From positions 1 through 56,366 of the IMG/VR virus record IMGVR_UViG_3300037840_000311: a stretch of 56,366 bases of DNA; one strand, written 5' to 3'. Of this stretch, positions 36,597-45,077 are shown piece after piece. The stretch's first letter is position 1. Every line of letters starts with the position of its first letter. The position numbers and the translations under genes were made by a program. This stretch comes from a virus. Its lineage: Duplodnaviria; Caudoviricetes. The notes below the pieces were generated by a model. That model made no database searches. It was not told where the DNA came from and saw only the letters and a list, made by a program, of their open reading frames with translations.

Positions 36597-37033
36597 ATAA
36601 TTACCCCTTCCAAGACTACGCGGGAGACAACTCCTTCGACTACCCCTTCGACATCGTTCTAACGCCAAACCAGAACGCACCGAACGAAGGGAAGCGCACC
36701 GATACGGACTCGGACTTCCTGCTCTTCGGCTTGACGCTGAACAATTTCTCATCGATCCTGTTCACAATCCAATTCAAGGACGCCAACGGAAACTATTTCT
36801 CGAGCGCTCCAATCTTCGCATCGAATTACAACGGACAAGGAAGCGCGCCCTACATGTTCCCCGGGACGCCTAGAATCTTTCCGCCTGGCTCTCAGATCGG
36901 TATCGGCCTTTTGGAACTCTCCGGGTTTACGAACACGATCGAGATGACGTTCCGGGGTATCAAACGATTTGTGAAGCCTCAGCCTATCTGTGGGCAGGAC
37001 GCTCTTACGAATCGACTTTTAGTGAGGGCGTGA
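36593..37033 (+). CDS. Capsid-like paralog A (single unit)
   Basis: DSDFLL...FKDANG.YFSSAP...RIFPPGSQI...FRGIKRF. Confidence 0.75.
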   Translation: MNNYPFQDYAGDNSFDYPFDIVLTPNQNAPNEGKRTDTDSDFLLFGLTLNNFSSILFTIQFKDANGNYFSSAPIFASNYNGQGSAPYMFPGTPRIFPPGSQIGIGLLELSGFTNTIEMTFRGIKRFVKPQPICGQDALTNRLLVRA

Positions 37034-37043
37034 GAATGCTTTT

Positions 37044-37150
37044 TGTTTGGGCTCGACAGCGCGGGCTGTCCTGTGCGACCGGGAGCGCGGCGGCCACCGC
37101 GCGCCCACAAGCCGAAAACCTTGACCCGCTGGCAAACGGAGGTTCACCAC
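37044..37150. repeat. Empty element (left + CGGCCA + right)
   Basis: Covered by linker ORF 37030..37161 with GTGA/ATGA overlaps. Confidence 0.9.
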
Positions 37151-37157
37151 CAAGCGT

Positions 37158-37622
37158 ATGAACCAACCCATCTTCAACCAGTGGGCTCCACCCCTTCTCA
37201 ACGGATTCAACGCAACCTCTCCTGACGGTTGTGAAGACGTAGACGCGGGGTACGTCTGGCCCCAATCGAACGGCTTCCAAACCCTCGCACCGGGAGAGCA
37301 GCGCGAAGTTACGATCATTCTGGAAGGGGGAGACGATTTCCTATTCAAGAGTTTCATCTGGGCCTTGAAACCAAGCGAAGAATTCCCCAATCTAGGGTTT
37401 CTCTATCGAATCCAGGACGACGCCGGCAAGTTCATCAGCGATGGATTCGTGTACTGCTACGCGACCCCAGGAACGCTCGCTAACCCATGGCCGATGTTTC
37501 CGCATATCACCTACGCGGCGCATCAGAGAATCGTGTTCGAGATTATCAATCTCGACCCGGCGAACAGCCAGGGATTTCAAATCATGTTCCGCGGATGCAA
37601 GAGGTTCAGGAGGGTAGGGTGA
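37158..37622 (+). CDS. Capsid-like paralog B (single unit)
   Basis: GDDFLF...IQDDAG.FIS...ITYAAHQRI...FRGCKRF. Confidence 0.75.
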   Translation: MNQPIFNQWAPPLLNGFNATSPDGCEDVDAGYVWPQSNGFQTLAPGEQREVTIILEGGDDFLFKSFIWALKPSEEFPNLGFLYRIQDDAGKFISDGFVYCYATPGTLANPWPMFPHITYAAHQRIVFEIINLDPANSQGFQIMFRGCKRFRRVG

Positions 37623-38509
37623 GCCTAAAACAGACTTTCGGTGGTTGGGCTCTGCTTTTCTGTACGTTTATTGCTGGCGGGAGCGCGGGGGCCTTTCTTT
37701 TCGATCCGTGCTGGCGGCTGGACCGGCGCGGGGATATCGAAGGTCATCAAGCGATGTTCTCGCACGCAGCGGGCAACCAGTTCGCCGGTGAACAGAAATA
37801 CCTGATCCATCTGCCCGTTCCCATGAAGTTCGGGCCGGAATTCGATACGGCGACCATCAGTCAAATCCAGAAGTCCGCCCTGGAGACGAACCCAGATAGA
37901 CGGGTTACCATATTTCGCAGGCGCTTGCATATCGGCGGCCATTTCCGGGCAGATCACCGAGAATGTAGCGGTTTCACCCTTCGGCCCTTTGACCTCGAAC
38001 AGGTCTCCGATCCGTACTTCGACCTCTCCGTATTCGTCGCGCAGGATCATGGGTCACTTGGCCTTGTTGCGCGGCAATGGAAAACCACAATACCAATCAG
38101 GCAAATAGCCCATGAGCTTCGGACGCCACAAGAGCCGATAGACAAACCGGGCGAAATTAAACAGGTGCGGATACTGCCAGATTCGATATTTCACGCGACT
38201 TTCAACCTCCTCATCACCGCTTTCCGGTACCGCCAATTGTACAATTTCCAAAACCAGTTTATCAGCATCGCTTTTTTCTCCTACCTTAGAGACGCGCAGA
38301 CAAGTACCAGCGTGACACGTTTCAGGACTATTTCTTCACCTAGGCCGTTGGTTCTACGCACCTACGCGGATGAGACCTTAGGTTTGGGGTCGACGGTGCG
38401 GGCGGCTCGGAATGGCCAGCGCGCGGCGGCTGTCTCCGCGCTTCCACCGGCCGGGAACCTTGTCCCGCTGGTGAACGGCGGTTTATCCCAAAGAGGCCCG
38501 CATGCGTAA
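37619..38509 (+). CDS. 296-aa linker ORF over two antisense genes and an empty element
   Basis: GTGA start overlap; stop overlaps the start of 38502. Confidence 0.45.
   Translation: MSLKQTFGGWALLFCTFIAGGSAGAFLFDPCWRLDRRGDIEGHQAMFSHAAGNQFAGEQKYLIHLPVPMKFGPEFDTATISQIQKSALETNPDRRVTIFRRRLHIGGHFRADHRECSGFTLRPFDLEQVSDPYFDLSVFVAQDHGSLGLVARQWKTTIPIRQIAHELRTPQEPIDKPGEIKQVRILPDSIFHATFNLLITAFRYRQLYNFQNQFISIAFFSYLRDAQTSTSVTRFRTISSPRPLVLRTYADETLGLGSTVRAARNGQRAAAVSALPPAGNLVPLVNGGLSQRGPHA
37625..38050 (-). CDS. Antisense cargo, hypothetical protein
   Basis: Globular-looking; ends through left site 37643-37692. Confidence 0.65.
   Translation of the reverse strand: MILRDEYGEVEVRIGDLFEVKGPKGETATFSVICPEMAADMQAPAKYGNPSIWVRLQGGLLDLTDGRRIEFRPELHGNGQMDQVFLFTGELVARCVREHRLMTFDIPAPVQPPARIEKKGPRAPASNKRTEKQSPTTESLF
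38054..38251 (-). CDS. Antisense cargo, small protein (start uncertain)
   Basis: Abuts 37625..38050. Confidence 0.45.
   Translation of the reverse strand: MEIVQLAVPESGDEEVESRVKYRIWQYPHLFNFARFVYRLLWRPKLMGYLPDWYCGFPLPRNKAK
38382..38492. repeat. Empty element (left + CGGCTGTCT + right)
   Basis: TTTGGG...CCCAAA closure; centre identical to the 27401 copy. Confidence 0.92.
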
Positions 38510-39398
38510 CCTCTACTCTCCTTACCAAACACCTCGAGGCTGCCATGACGTTCCCTTCATTTATTTATTCGACGGGAACTCCCTGACCAATGGAACCGAC
38601 GTAATGGACCAGTTGAGCATGAAGGTTTTCTCCGACGCGGATTTCTATCTTCGTCGAATCGCGGGAACTCAATCAGTCGCGGAATTCTTCAGCTACCGCA
38701 ATGCGAGCTCTTCGTACGTCTGGCAACAGCCATTCTGGACACGCGGTATCAACGCCGCGCTCGGAGCTTCCAACCAGGGCGATATCGGCGTAGTCCCTGA
38801 GAAACTGTATCCCGGAAACAGCGTGATTCGCTTCGACCTCCTCACGGTCAACAAAGCGCTTGCGGTCTCAGGCGGTACGGACTGGCTCGCCTACATCGCG
38901 TTTCAAGGCGTCAAGCGCTTCCCGTACGACGTGACCGAGGCTCCATGCCCCTACACCACCAGGGCAGCGCAATACGCCATCACCGTAGGGCCAGTCGACT
39001 GGACGCGAGGGAATTACAAGCGCTTCAAGATCAAGATCAACCGGGGGTACGATTTTGAGCTTTTGCGATTGCAGCAATTGGACCTTGGGCAGACCACGCC
39101 GGCCTCAGGGGGAGGCATTCCGACCGTGGCAACCGATCGCGTGGGAAACTTCAATTACGTGCTCTACGACTCGAACGAATACCAAATGATGAGCGCGCCC
39201 GTGCCGGATTCCTACATCATCGATCAGACAGCGCCAATCTTCGCGGACCCGTCACCGTGCCCAGGAGTTTTTCCGTGTCCAGGAGTGCTTTACCCAGCTA
39301 CCACGCAAATAGTCTTCGATTTGTATGCAGTGCAGAGCGCTCCCCAAGGAAGCATCTTTCAGATAGTGTTTGATGGAGTAGAGAGGATACCCGTGTGA
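38502..39398 (+). CDS. Capsid-like paralog C, tandem double unit
   Basis: DADFYL...LYPGNSVIRFDL...FQGVKRF then GYDFEL...LYPATTQIVFDL...FDGVERI. Confidence 0.8.
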   Translation: MRNLYSPYQTPRGCHDVPFIYLFDGNSLTNGTDVMDQLSMKVFSDADFYLRRIAGTQSVAEFFSYRNASSSYVWQQPFWTRGINAALGASNQGDIGVVPEKLYPGNSVIRFDLLTVNKALAVSGGTDWLAYIAFQGVKRFPYDVTEAPCPYTTRAAQYAITVGPVDWTRGNYKRFKIKINRGYDFELLRLQQLDLGQTTPASGGGIPTVATDRVGNFNYVLYDSNEYQMMSAPVPDSYIIDQTAPIFADPSPCPGVFPCPGVLYPATTQIVFDLYAVQSAPQGSIFQIVFDGVERIPV

Positions 39399-40087
39399 AG
39401 ATTTTCAGTGTTTGGGCTCGACAGCGCGGGCAGGTTCGGAATACCGGGAGCGCGGGGGAAGTCTCAAAACTTCTCACGCGCTTTGCGGATTTCTTCGGCT
39501 GTGAGCCGAGCATGACGAAAGGCCGGAGTCTCCGACTGATCTCTCAGCGTGTAGCAGATTTTTCGCAGCAGGGCGGCCCGCTTGCCAAACTCTTTACTCT
39601 GAGACGCCGCAAGCATCCGGGCGCGGAGTGCGGCCGTAATCAGGCTCCATTCTGCGTCAGTCAAATCGATGGATGGCATAACCCTTCACTGGCAGAGGTA
39701 CTCTATCTCGCTTTCGGCTACGTATGTACTCATGGTTCCAGATCGGCTAAGTTTTGCGCTGACCTCATAGCAGGGGCTCCCGTCTGTGCATTGCGTTATG
39801 CCGATGATCGTTACGTTACGCCCACCGAAGCCGAACGGATCATGGGCGCCCAAGAATGGAATCCGCTCTTTCAACTTGACCAGATCGCCGGTTCTGTAAG
39901 TTCGATGTTGTTTTTTCTCTTTCTCCCGCATCATCGCAACCCACGGATCGCGGATGATATGGTCGGCTCGTTTCGCCTCTTGCAACCACCTGAGAGTCCA
40001 TCCCCCGGCGAAGAATCCGGCCAGGAATGCCGCCATCATAGTGCCACTGGGAATCGCGCTCATAACTCCATTTGGAGTTTAGCATGA
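39395..40087 (+). CDS. 230-aa linker ORF over two antisense genes
   Basis: GTGA start overlap; ATGA stop overlap. Confidence 0.45.
   Translation: MKIFSVWARQRGQVRNTGSAGEVSKLLTRFADFFGCEPSMTKGRSLRLISQRVADFSQQGGPLAKLFTLRRRKHPGAECGRNQAPFCVSQIDGWHNPSLAEVLYLAFGYVCTHGSRSAKFCADLIAGAPVCALRYADDRYVTPTEAERIMGAQEWNPLFQLDQIAGSVSSMLFFLFLPHHRNPRIADDMVGSFRLLQPPESPSPGEESGQECRHHSATGNRAHNSIWSLA
39464..39679 (-). CDS. Antisense cargo, small helical protein
   Basis: Stops at the inner edge of the left site. Confidence 0.6.
   Translation of the reverse strand: MPSIDLTDAEWSLITAALRARMLAASQSKEFGKRAALLRKICYTLRDQSETPAFRHARLTAEEIRKAREKF
39686..40063 (-). CDS. Antisense cargo, TM plus SH3/KOW-like region
   Basis: GGAG RBS on minus strand; YRTGDLVKLK. 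Confidence 0.65.
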   Translation of the reverse strand: MSAIPSGTMMAAFLAGFFAGGWTLRWLQEAKRADHIIRDPWVAMMREKEKKQHRTYRTGDLVKLKERIPFLGAHDPFGFGGRNVTIIGITQCTDGSPCYEVSAKLSRSGTMSTYVAESEIEYLCQ

Positions 40088-40371
40088 ACTACTACATGAT
40101 TACGTACGTGTTTCGGCGGGGCGCTCCCAGATCGTTGTATTCCACAACCAGATACTCGACGAAAGCAGACGCTAACGCCGCAATTCGTCGACTGAAAGAA
40201 ACGTATCCAGGGCGGGCATTTAAAGTGTTCTCCGTTCCAATCACTGGGTTTGTCTCAAAGCGCAACAATCCAAGGCCACTTCTTTTCCGCACCCGTGCCT
40301 CCGCACTGAAGTACGCCCGTGAGCACGGAGCAAAGCGATTCTCCATCCGAAAGGTGAAGGCGGGCCGATGA
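40084..40371 (+). CDS. Basic NP-containing protein, paralog of 22253..22582
   Basis: NPRPLLFRTRASALKYAREHGAKRFSIRK. Confidence 0.75.
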   Translation: MNYYMITYVFRRGAPRSLYSTTRYSTKADANAAIRRLKETYPGRAFKVFSVPITGFVSKRNNPRPLLFRTRASALKYAREHGAKRFSIRKVKAGR

Positions 40372-40565
40372 CCACCGCGCGGCAAATCATGCAAGAATTC
40401 CGCGACGATGAATACTGGGAGAATTGCGAACCATTCCGCGCTCACCGTTTCGCTGAATATAAATCCCTGTGCGCTGACCTAGGATTGTTGACAGCCACCG
40501 CGCGCCCGCAAGCCGGAAACCTTCGCCCGCTGGTGAACGGCGGTTTACCCCAGATGGTACGATGA
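40368..40565 (+). CDS. Small ORF ending through a right half-site
   Basis: ATGA coupling; ends VNGGLP. Confidence 0.5.
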   Translation: MTTARQIMQEFRDDEYWENCEPFRAHRFAEYKSLCADLGLLTATARPQAGNLRPLVNGGLPQMVR

Positions 40566-40569
40566 CCGC

Positions 40570-41736
40570 ATGAAGATACTCTTATCACTCCCGGAATCCC
40601 CCTTCGATCCAACCAACGGCGCCGCTCAATCCATGCGGACCATTGCGGAACTGATGGCGAAAGCGGGGCATCAGGTTCGATGCGTGGCGACGACAGCCAT
40701 GGAGAGACGGGGAACTCTCCCCGGAGTAGCGCCGTGGGGCCTGAACCATCGCGATGTAGTCTATAGTTTAGTGAACGTCGATGTAGCCTCTACGCAGAAC
40801 TGGCGCAACGAGGATAACGAAAAGACCTTCACCTGGGCCTTTACGCGGGAACTGGAAATCATCGGACCTCCAGACCTCTTGCTCTGCTACGGCGGCCACC
40901 CCACCGATGCAGCCCGCTACAATCGCGCGAAACGCGCCGGCGTCAAGATCGTCTTCGGACTCCGCAACTACGGCTATCAAAAGCGCGGTTTCTTCGACTT
41001 TTGCGACGGCGTAATCACCAGCTCGCAATTCCTGACCGACTGGTACAAAACCAAGTTCGGGATAGACTCGACTCCCCTGCCCTTACCGATCTGGCCCGAG
41101 GACGTCATCGCGGAAAAGCGAGACCCGATCTACTTCACAGCCATCAACCCGACACGGGAAAAGGGCTTGAGACTTTTGGAAACGGTCTGGCGACATTTGG
41201 GCGAGAAACGACCCGATATCCCGCTCATGGCCATTGACAGCAGCGATAGTCTACTGTGCGGATATTATCCGGCCATTGTGAAACCCTGGCAACCCAACCC
41301 GCGCGACATCTTCGCGCAAACGAAAGTGCTCCTCGTCCCCTCCGTTTGGGAAGAACCAGCTGGCCGCGTAATCGCCGAAGCGATGCTCAACGGAATCCCG
41401 CCAATCATCACCGACCGGGGAGGCATGCCGGAAGTGGCCAACGGCGGCGCCATCGTGATACCGCTGGACAAGCGAATCACGCCGGAGCGGACCCAGCCCG
41501 TACCGCTGAGCGTGGCCCAGCCGTGGATCGATGCGATTATCGAGTTACAGGACCATCCGGAATGCTACGCTACGCATGCGAGCACAGCGGAATATGCGGC
41601 ATCGATTTACGAAAACGTCACCCCCCTGTATGAGGACTATTTCGGGCGGATTCTGACCGGGACGCCAATTCCCGCGCGTCCGCATGCCCACATCGCGCCG
41701 TCTGACGAGGCCAACAACAAAGAGGCCACTGCATGA
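40570..41736 (+). CDS. GT-B (GT4-like) glycosyltransferase
   Basis: MKILL...GAAQS...GHQV; KG; LLVPSVWEEPAGRVIAEAMLNGIPPIITDRGGMPE. Confidence 0.92.
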   Translation: MKILLSLPESPFDPTNGAAQSMRTIAELMAKAGHQVRCVATTAMERRGTLPGVAPWGLNHRDVVYSLVNVDVASTQNWRNEDNEKTFTWAFTRELEIIGPPDLLLCYGGHPTDAARYNRAKRAGVKIVFGLRNYGYQKRGFFDFCDGVITSSQFLTDWYKTKFGIDSTPLPLPIWPEDVIAEKRDPIYFTAINPTREKGLRLLETVWRHLGEKRPDIPLMAIDSSDSLLCGYYPAIVKPWQPNPRDIFAQTKVLLVPSVWEEPAGRVIAEAMLNGIPPIITDRGGMPEVANGGAIVIPLDKRITPERTQPVPLSVAQPWIDAIIELQDHPECYATHASTAEYAASIYENVTPLYEDYFGRILTGTPIPARPHAHIAPSDEANNKEATA

Positions 41737-42299
41737 ACGAAACCAACTATCCTCAAATCCAAGACGGCTTCTGCTACTCGGGATTATTCGGAACCAGACC
41801 TCTGAATCACTCCTCCTGGTATTGGTCCTGTCTCGCCAACATGGACGACTTGAGACTCGCAGCCGATTCCTACACCCCGCGATGGTGGATAGTTCCCAAA
41901 AACTTCTTGGACCCAACCAATCCAGGAAGCGTGAATATCCTAAACGGGAAAACGGTGTTCTATGAATTTCAGGTGAAGCCGGGCTCGTTCCTGTGGGGTT
42001 TGCAATTCGGAGTCTCCGATAACGGCTTTCTCGCGGCGCAAGCTTCGCTCTCGGTGATTATCCGGCAAGGATCGGACTTACCCTTATTCGATCGCGTCAT
42101 GACGTGCTCCGGTATCGCGTCAGGGAATCCAGCGGACCCGTTGAACACGCTGTTCCCCGCCGTCGATTTACTTTGGAAACCGCGGCTCATTCTCGAGCCT
42201 GCTCAGATTCACGTGGAAATCTCGAACAATTTGGAACCGACAGATCCATCACTCATCAACGCACAATTGTTGATGCTGTTTGCGGAGCCGAAGGTATGA
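41733..42299 (+). CDS. Beta-rich putative structural protein (possible distant capsid-like paralog)
   Basis: FQVKPGSFLWGL...PRLILEPAQIHVEISN. Confidence 0.7.
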   Translation: MNETNYPQIQDGFCYSGLFGTRPLNHSSWYWSCLANMDDLRLAADSYTPRWWIVPKNFLDPTNPGSVNILNGKTVFYEFQVKPGSFLWGLQFGVSDNGFLAAQASLSVIIRQGSDLPLFDRVMTCSGIASGNPADPLNTLFPAVDLLWKPRLILEPAQIHVEISNNLEPTDPSLINAQLLMLFAEPKV

Positions 42300-42310
42300 A
42301 AACGCTTTTA

Positions 42311-42780
42311 GTTTGGGCTCAACTGTTCGGGCTATTCTGTGCGACCGGGAGCGCGGCGGCTTCAGGTTTCGCGCGTGTCGATCTCGACCGGCGCGGCTTC
42401 GCTGTTCGGACGGGTTGCCACTTGCACGATGGTGAACTTCTTACGGCCCGCGGCGACGATGACGGTCTTCGCGCCGTGGCCGCCGTCAATCAATCGCGCC
42501 AGAGCGGAGTACAGATCGTAGACGGTGGGATTCTTCAAGGTGTGGACGTTCATAAATGGAGCGGGCCGGGCCGACTATCGTTTGTTCCGTCCCCGAAGGG
42601 CTCTCAAACCGGACCCGACTCCCCTGGTAAAACCCAAGGGAAAAGCACCCGCTCCCGTCGCGTGGTTTATAAGTTTCAGCGAATCCAAGCCACAGCGCAT
42701 GGATATTTTGTAGCACCCATCACCGCGCCCTGTCAAGCTGAAAACCTTCGACCGCTGTACAACGGCGGTTTTCCCCAAAG
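42311..42780. mobile_element. Loaded element with an antisense gene, under linker ORF 42296..42790
   Basis: Left 42311-42360; right 42720-42780. Confidence 0.8.
42362..42553 (-). CDS. Antisense cargo, small protein
   Basis: Stop lies at the inner edge of the left site. Confidence 0.6.
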   Translation of the reverse strand: MNVHTLKNPTVYDLYSALARLIDGGHGAKTVIVAAGRKKFTIVQVATRPNSEAAPVEIDTRET

Positions 42781-42792
42781 GAGCTTCTAAAA

Positions 42793-43350
42793 ATGCCTCT
42801 AGGACACCTCGGAACCTGCTCCTCAGACCTTCTCCAAGCAGAACAAAACATCAAGCGCTACACCAAAGACTACTGCGACATCATGAGCCAAAGGCCCCGG
42901 CCTCACGGTCTCCCGCCCTACATTCAACCTCCCAAGAACGCGGTACGCTGGCAACCGGGCAAGGACCAGCCGCTCGTCATCCCAGTCGGGCCGGAAACGG
43001 GATTCGACATCCTGGTATTCCAAGACCGCATCCCACCGGGCTATGACGGACTTCTCGTAGCGCTCACAAACATCTGGAATGGAACCGGCTTTGTGGAAGC
43101 GTCAGGAGACATCACCTGGCGCGTAAAGATAGATCAGCGATTCATCCCTTACTACGATACGATTCTCACCACGCTGGGGAGCCTGGCTGTGCCCTTCGAT
43201 ATCATCGGGCAAGGAATCCCGCTACTCTCCGGGCAACTCGTTCAGTACTTCGTGAACTTCGCCGTGGGATCGGATGCGCGATTGAATGCCGGAGGAATGA
43301 CGATTTGCGCGGCAACAGGATACGTCTGGCCGAGGGAGAGGTTAGCGTGA
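42793..43350 (+). CDS. Beta-rich putative structural protein
   Basis: RIPPGYDGLLVAL...ITWRVKID...GYVWP. Confidence 0.75.
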   Translation: MPLGHLGTCSSDLLQAEQNIKRYTKDYCDIMSQRPRPHGLPPYIQPPKNAVRWQPGKDQPLVIPVGPETGFDILVFQDRIPPGYDGLLVALTNIWNGTGFVEASGDITWRVKIDQRFIPYYDTILTTLGSLAVPFDIIGQGIPLLSGQLVQYFVNFAVGSDARLNAGGMTICAATGYVWPRERLA

Positions 43351-43530
43351 AAATGCTAATCGCTGCTCGATGCGGTCTAGGATCGTTTCAATGCGGTCAA
43401 GTCGACGGGCAAAATAGTCCAGTCGCCTTGATAGCCCGTCGAGTTGCTTATTGTTCGTCCAGATCCCGAACAAGACCGCGAGTACTATCGGAAGCGCGGT
43501 CGAAAGAAAAGACTGTAGCATCGGATTCAT
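43342..43530 (-). CDS. Antisense cargo, TM plus coiled-coil small protein
   Basis: LPIVLAVLFGIWTNNKQLD...RLDRIE; the plus frame from GTG 43347 is open into 43671. Confidence 0.65.
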   Translation of the reverse strand: MNPMLQSFLSTALPIVLAVLFGIWTNNKQLDGLSRRLDYFARRLDRIETILDRIEQRLAFSR

Positions 43531-43670
43531 TGGCTTCCAGTGTGCCACGAATCAGGTTTAGCGTCAATGAACCGAATTACTTAGTACTGTTTTTGGCCGC
43601 GTCATTCGACCCGCTCCGTCTCCGCGCTCCTGACCGCTGGAAACCTTCGACTTCAGCCGAGCCTCAAAAT

Positions 43671-45077
43671 ATGAAGACACTACTGCTCGCCTTGCTCATT
43701 CTCCCGTTAGCCTACGCTCAGCAACTCCAGCCGGTAACCTCCCAGCAAGCGGACTGCGGAAAGTTCATCCCGGCAATCACCACGGCAGGCACTTTCACAA
43801 GCGCCACGGTCACCAACACTCAGGCGGCTTGTGACGGATGGGTAGTCACCTACTCCTCTTTCGGCTTCGCTACGGTGTCCGTATTGCTTCAGGATGCCCC
43901 TCTGACAACCAACGGGGCAGCGGGAACCTTCGTCTCCTTCGCCGGCACAATCGTAACCGGCTTCACCAATCCATCGACGGCGACACCCCAGGGCGAAATC
44001 CGGGCCACGGGATACTTTCCGTACGTGCGTGTGCAAATCACCACAACAGGAACCGGATACCTCACTGCCGAATTTCACGGCTTCAAGACCAATCCCAATT
44101 CAGGCGTAGGAGCCTCGGGAGGCGGCGGGGGAGGAGGTTGTACCGCGCCGTGCGTTGTCATCGGCCCCACAGCAGCCGGAAGCCCACCTACGACCGCGCC
44201 AGTGCTGGTAGCCGGGCAGGATGGAGCACCGGGGAATATCCGAGTGATCCTGACCGATTCCAGCGGCCGGCAAATCATGAACGTCGCCCAATGGGGCGGA
44301 ACGACGGTATTGAACGGTGGAACTGCCGGATCGGTCGCAGTGGGAGGACTCGGAACGGCAGGAACACCTTCGGGCGGCGTTGTTTCAGTGCAAGGTGTGG
44401 CGGGAGGCACAGCCCAGCCGGTAACGCTGCCTGCAAATCAATCCGTGAACGTGGCCCAGGTAGCAGGAACGAATACCATCACCGGCGGCGTGGCGGGATC
44501 TCTGGGAATCGGAGGACTCGCGGCCGCTGGCGCCGCCATCGCCGGAAACTCAGTCCGAATCGGAGGCGTGGATGGAGGGGGAACCAAGCGGGATATTCTG
44601 ACCGATACCGCCGGACGGGTAATTGTTGCATCAAATGCCGGTTCCATCGTTTCAATCATAGGAACCCTCTTAAATAATGCAGTCTCGGCCACTACAACTA
44701 ACAATTTAGGCGTACTCCCAGCCGTGGCAAACGCCGCGCCGCAAACCTGGACAGAAGGTGATCAGGTTCTTGGGTCCGTCGACTTGAAAGGCAACCTCCG
44801 CACCACCATCGCCGGTAACGCGACCGTGCTCTCCGGCCAGCAAGCCGTCACCAACGCAGCAGTAGCCCTAGCAACCAACACGGTGAAGAATATCTGTGTG
44901 AAAGCCCTCGCTGGGAACACTCAGAATGTTTACGTGGGTCCAACCGGCATCACTACTTCCACAGGAATGGAACTTGCAGCCGGAGACGCTTATTGCAGCC
45001 CGGTAACCAACACCAATCTCATTTTCGTCATAGCCGCAGCGGGAGGCCAGAGCGTATCATGGATCGCCGAAAACTAG
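43671..45077 (+). CDS. Signal-peptide-bearing Gly/Thr-rich spike/adhesin-like protein
   Basis: MKTLLLALLILPLAYA-Q; internal repeats ILTD..GR and NVAQ..GT. Confidence 0.8.
   Translation: MKTLLLALLILPLAYAQQLQPVTSQQADCGKFIPAITTAGTFTSATVTNTQAACDGWVVTYSSFGFATVSVLLQDAPLTTNGAAGTFVSFAGTIVTGFTNPSTATPQGEIRATGYFPYVRVQITTTGTGYLTAEFHGFKTNPNSGVGASGGGGGGGCTAPCVVIGPTAAGSPPTTAPVLVAGQDGAPGNIRVILTDSSGRQIMNVAQWGGTTVLNGGTAGSVAVGGLGTAGTPSGGVVSVQGVAGGTAQPVTLPANQSVNVAQVAGTNTITGGVAGSLGIGGLAAAGAAIAGNSVRIGGVDGGGTKRDILTDTAGRVIVASNAGSIVSIIGTLLNNAVSATTTNNLGVLPAVANAAPQTWTEGDQVLGSVDLKGNLRTTIAGNATVLSGQQAVTNAAVALATNTVKNICVKALAGNTQNVYVGPTGITTSTGMELAAGDAYCSPVTNTNLIFVIAAAGGQSVSWIAEN

Larger units (their letters stand above)
39409..40554. 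mobile_element. Left and right half-sites bracketing two antisense and two sense genes
   Basis: Canonical left 39409-39458 and right 40495-40554. Confidence 0.7.

Noticed and set aside
38382-38492. Hammerhead ribozyme in the three-way junction
   Set aside because: The CUGANGA and GAAA core is absent at the junction.
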